This document shows, one piece after another, positions 60,551 through 64,000 of a stretch of 64,000 bases of DNA. Numbering within the stretch: position 1 is the first letter of the stretch; the number at the start of each line of letters is the position of its first letter. Below the pieces are notes generated by a model. The model ran no database searches and had not been told where the DNA came from. It saw nothing but the letters and a program-made list of their open reading frames with translations. The position numbers were made by a program, and so were the translations under genes. Source of the stretch: an uncultured virus (IMG/VR IMGVR_UViG_3300028888_000136) (Duplodnaviria > Heunggongvirae > Uroviricota > Caudoviricetes); the IMG/VR virus record IMGVR_UViG_3300028888_000136. One strand, written 5' to 3'.

Positions 60551-63500
60551 ATGGCAAAGACAAGAATATTACCAATTCCGCTAGGCGGTGGCGGTGGTGA
60601 GTGCAATTTGCAACAGAAAACCGCCACTCCTACCACATCCACCCAGACCGTTAATCCAGACGCTGGTTATGACGGTATGTCAAGAGTGACGATAGAGGCT
60701 GTTGATGCGAATATTGACCAGAACATCACCCCAGAAAACATCAAGGACGGAGTTGAAATCCTCGGTGTGACTGGAACTTACGAAGGCGAAGGCGGACAAT
60801 GCAACCTTGAGAGTGGAAAGACAATCACCCAGAACGGTTATTATGACGCACAAAGCGATGGATATGACGGTTTTGATGCGGTTGATGTAAACGTACTACC
60901 GAATGTGGGTTTCAAATCAATCACCCAGAACGGGATTTATAATGCCCAGAACGATGACGGTTGGGACGGCTATTCCGAGGTTGACGTACAAGTCACACCT
61001 AACATTTCAATCGGTGACGTTTTCACTCCATCTACTCAACAACAACAAATAACAGCTCCGATGGCAACTGACGGTTACAACGATTTCACAATTGAGGCCG
61101 TTGACGCTAACATTGACCCTAACATCCAAGCTGGCAATATAAAGGACGGTGTGACGATTTTGGGTGTCACTGGAACTCTACAGGAGGGAATAACCCCGAC
61201 AGGTACTTTGAATATCATAAACAACGGCACTTACAACGTCACAAACTATGCCAGTGTGTTTATCAATGTTGCAAGCGGTGAGTTTGGCGAACTCTGTTTC
61301 ACAGCTTTGCAGTCCAATTCTAAAATCAATATGTCTCACGCAGGAACAAACGCCAGTAACACGAAACCTGTAATGTATTATTCGACAGATGGAAGACAGA
61401 CTTGGAATCTCTGGGACTATTCAGAAATAACACTTGCAAACGTTGATGACAAGGTTTACTTTTATGGTGACAATCCAAACGGTTTTTCAAAAGGTGAATA
61501 TGATTATAGTACCTTCAATCTTTCTGGACAGATTTCTGTTTCTGGCAAGATAATGTCACTGATTAGCAGATATGCTGACAGAGATATACCTAATGCACAT
61601 TGTTTCAGAGAATTATTCAAAGGAGCTGGCGCACTTAAAGATGCACAGTATTTAGTGTTGCCGTCAAATACAACAGATAGTTGTTATAAAGGGATGTTCT
61701 CGTCAACTGGAATTACTGTCGCTCCAAATCTACCAGCTGAAACTGTCACAAACAGAAGTTATATGCAAATGTTTCAGTTTTGCAGTTCTCTTACAACAAT
61801 ACAGAGTTTCGGTCTGAAACGTTTTGACACCTCGTCTTCATCCAATTCAGCTTTTTGTAGCAATATGTTTAGTTATTGCGGAAACTTGGTTAACATACCA
61901 GATGTCCTTGAGCCGACCGAACTTGCCCCAGACTGTTATTGGAAAATGTTTGAAAGTTGTACAAGTATTACAAAAGCACCTATGTTACCAGCAAAAAACA
62001 CTGCTGTAAGAAATGTTTATCAAGAAATGTTCGATGGGTGCGCTTCACTTAACAACATTACAACTTTGGCGAGTAGCTTGAATCAATCAAACTGGGTGCG
62101 TAATGTTGCCCAGACTGGTACTTTCTATAAGATAAAAGGCGCTGATATTCCGATTGATTCTGCAAACGGTGTTCCTGTCGGTTGGACTGTGGTTGAAATA
62201 CCTTCCGTTATTGACAATAACAATGAGATAACGTTTGACTATAATACTGGTACTAATATATACTACACGCTTGACGGAACTACACCGACAACATCTTCAA
62301 CTTTGTACACAGGACCGATAGACGCTTTGGTTGTCGGTAACAAGTTCACATTGAAATATCTTTCTGTTTACAACGGTGTCAATTTGCCGATTATGGAATA
62401 TGAATACTACAACGCTTTCTACATTGAGGCACTTGAAAACAATACCGTACTCAATGTCAACAACTGGAGAGACAATATGCTGTATTCAACAGACAAACAG
62501 ACTTGGGTTATGTGCAATACAGCACCTAACAGAGAAATAACGCTAACAAACACTGGTGATAAGGTTTATTTCAAAAAAGCTATAGTTGACGGTGTGAAAA
62601 TGGGTGTTGGTGCTTTGGGTACTGTTTCTGGCACGATAAAAGCTGGTGGATTCCTTGAATACGCTGCCACTTGGGATATTACTAACAACGCAACTCTTAT
62701 ATCAAATGTCGGAAACCTGTTTGAAAACTGTACAGGAATGGTTGACGCTTCGGATTTGATACTGATAGACGATATGACAGGTTACAATCCAGGTTACTCA
62801 AGCAACAACGGTGCTTATGCCAGAATGTTCAATGGTTGTACGAATCTGGTCAAAACACCTAATCTTCCGTCACAACAGCTCGGTTTGTACTGTTATTATG
62901 AAATGTTCAAGGGTTGTACCAGTTTGACAAAATGTCCAGACCTGCCAGCAAGAACGCTCGGTGAAAGAGGTTCTTATCAAGAAATGTTTATGAACTGTAC
63001 AGGTCTCACAACTTCTGGTAAGATTATGGCAACTTCAATCCGTAATTTCTATTCAGTTAAAGATATGTTCAACGGATGCACTAATCTGTCAAGAGTGTTT
63101 ATTGAAAACTGTACAGACTTTGAAGGCACTTACGGAACAAGTGATTGGCTTAAGAACGTTGCGACAAACGGTGTTGTGTTCGTACCGTCAACAACCAATA
63201 TTCCTGCTGGTACAAACGGTATTCCTTCTGGATGGATTCGCGGTGACGCTCCTACAACCCCACGCCAATTTGTAGTGGATAGTGTTGGAACTGGAAGCTG
63301 GGTTGTCGGTATAGTTGACAACGGATGGCCTTCAACTGGAAATGATTTGCAGCTGGCACGCATATTCGCTACAATAGACAACACAGAGACGTATTGCGAT
63401 TACGATATATTCTACAGTATCGCCAACAACACAATCTATGCAACAAAATATAGCGGTTGGGATGACAATATAGCAACTGGAACTTCAACAAGTATGACAG

Positions 63501-64000
63501 GAAACAAGGTTATCCGTATTGACTTCAATTATATAACCGCGAATGGCAGCAACTACGAAAACTCAATTAATGACTGCCACGACTGGAGTACACGAGGTTA
63601 CAATAGTTTTGAAGATTGTGACTGTAATGAATACGGTTGGAGTTGCCAAAACGTAAACAATATGGTTTGCTTCACAGCTGTTGACCCGAATGTAACTATA
63701 GCTTATACAGGCAGAAACGCAACTTTGTATGCTTCAACAGATGGAGGTCAGACCTTCACACAAATGACCAAACAAGTGCCTGTCACACTTTCAAATATAG
63801 GCGATAAAGTCTATATTTACGGTAACAATGAGCGTTTGTGTGATATGCAAGACATTTCAAATCACACTTATTTCTTAATTAGCGGTGGTGATGTTACAGT
63901 AGGCGGTGATTTGACCACACTGTTAGACAGGAACGGACTTACAACTATTCCAGACAGGGCTTTCGTTCAAACATTACGAAGCGGTCATATTGTTTCTGCC
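60551..64000 (+). CDS. 3'-truncated large fibre/adhesin with BspA-like repeats and a Cys-rich module
   Basis: Start MAKTRILPIPLGGGGG near-identical to 29143; missing from the ORF track, apparently because it runs off the window. Confidence 0.78.
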   Translation, partial: MAKTRILPIPLGGGGGECNLQQKTATPTTSTQTVNPDAGYDGMSRVTIEAVDANIDQNITPENIKDGVEILGVTGTYEGEGGQCNLESGKTITQNGYYDAQSDGYDGFDAVDVNVLPNVGFKSITQNGIYNAQNDDGWDGYSEVDVQVTPNISIGDVFTPSTQQQQITAPMATDGYNDFTIEAVDANIDPNIQAGNIKDGVTILGVTGTLQEGITPTGTLNIINNGTYNVTNYASVFINVASGEFGELCFTALQSNSKINMSHAGTNASNTKPVMYYSTDGRQTWNLWDYSEITLANVDDKVYFYGDNPNGFSKGEYDYSTFNLSGQISVSGKIMSLISRYADRDIPNAHCFRELFKGAGALKDAQYLVLPSNTTDSCYKGMFSSTGITVAPNLPAETVTNRSYMQMFQFCSSLTTIQSFGLKRFDTSSSSNSAFCSNMFSYCGNLVNIPDVLEPTELAPDCYWKMFESCTSITKAPMLPAKNTAVRNVYQEMFDGCASLNNITTLASSLNQSNWVRNVAQTGTFYKIKGADIPIDSANGVPVGWTVVEIPSVIDNNNEITFDYNTGTNIYYTLDGTTPTTSSTLYTGPIDALVVGNKFTLKYLSVYNGVNLPIMEYEYYNAFYIEALENNTVLNVNNWRDNMLYSTDKQTWVMCNTAPNREITLTNTGDKVYFKKAIVDGVKMGVGALGTVSGTIKAGGFLEYAATWDITNNATLISNVGNLFENCTGMVDASDLILIDDMTGYNPGYSSNNGAYARMFNGCTNLVKTPNLPSQQLGLYCYYEMFKGCTSLTKCPDLPARTLGERGSYQEMFMNCTGLTTSGKIMATSIRNFYSVKDMFNGCTNLSRVFIENCTDFEGTYGTSDWLKNVATNGVVFVPSTTNIPAGTNGIPSGWIRGDAPTTPRQFVVDSVGTGSWVVGIVDNGWPSTGNDLQLARIFATIDNTETYCDYDIFYSIANNTIYATKYSGWDDNIATGTSTSMTGNKVIRIDFNYITANGSNYENSINDCHDWSTRGYNSFEDCDCNEYGWSCQNVNNMVCFTAVDPNVTIAYTGRNATLYASTDGGQTFTQMTKQVPVTLSNIGDKVYIYGNNERLCDMQDISNHTYFLISGGDVTVGGDLTTLLDRNGLTTIPDRAFVQTLRSGHIVSA

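Larger units (their letters stand above)
52121..64000. mobile_element. Phage unit C (partial): packaging, head and fibre modules
   Basis: Gene-for-gene paralogous to 21101-32004. Confidence 0.8.

Noticed and set aside
1..64000. CRISPR or mini-array
   Set aside because: No regularly spaced direct repeats with unique spacers; periodic repeats seen are in-frame protein repeats.
1..64000. Stop-codon reassignment
   Set aside because: Genes are full length in the standard code and the only tRNA is not a suppressor.

Overview
The window is entirely phage DNA, with no host genes. It holds a head-to-tail series of related but strongly diverged siphovirus-like genomes. The host is probably Bacteroidota, judged from TAnnTTTG promoters, the integrase type and AT-rich translation starts. 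A 49-bp identical att-like core sits just upstream of each tyrosine recombinase gene (20857-20905 and 52121-52169, period 31,264 bp). It divides the window into unit A (1-20.9 kb: tail, early, lysis and integrase genes), a complete unit B (20.9-52.1 kb) and unit C (52.1 kb to the end: packaging, head and fibre genes). Gene order is conserved and the proteins are divergent, but short near-identical DNA patches show recent exchange. No CI-like repressor is recognisable in unit B. Reading the non-coding DNA revealed: a P4/c4-like RNA-switch leader before the first replication gene, with a different sequence in each unit; a ~13-copy putative late-promoter motif, AG(AA/TT)CT-N15/16-YAAAYARRTRGA; three sigma54-type promoters heading accessory cassettes; a fixed-geometry 50-bp site; a conserved small RNA behind the integrase; two conserved unannotated micro-proteins; and a six-cysteine repeat linker in virion proteins. 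All product calls come from motif recognition by eye, not database searches. An assembly chimera cannot be excluded from the sequence alone.
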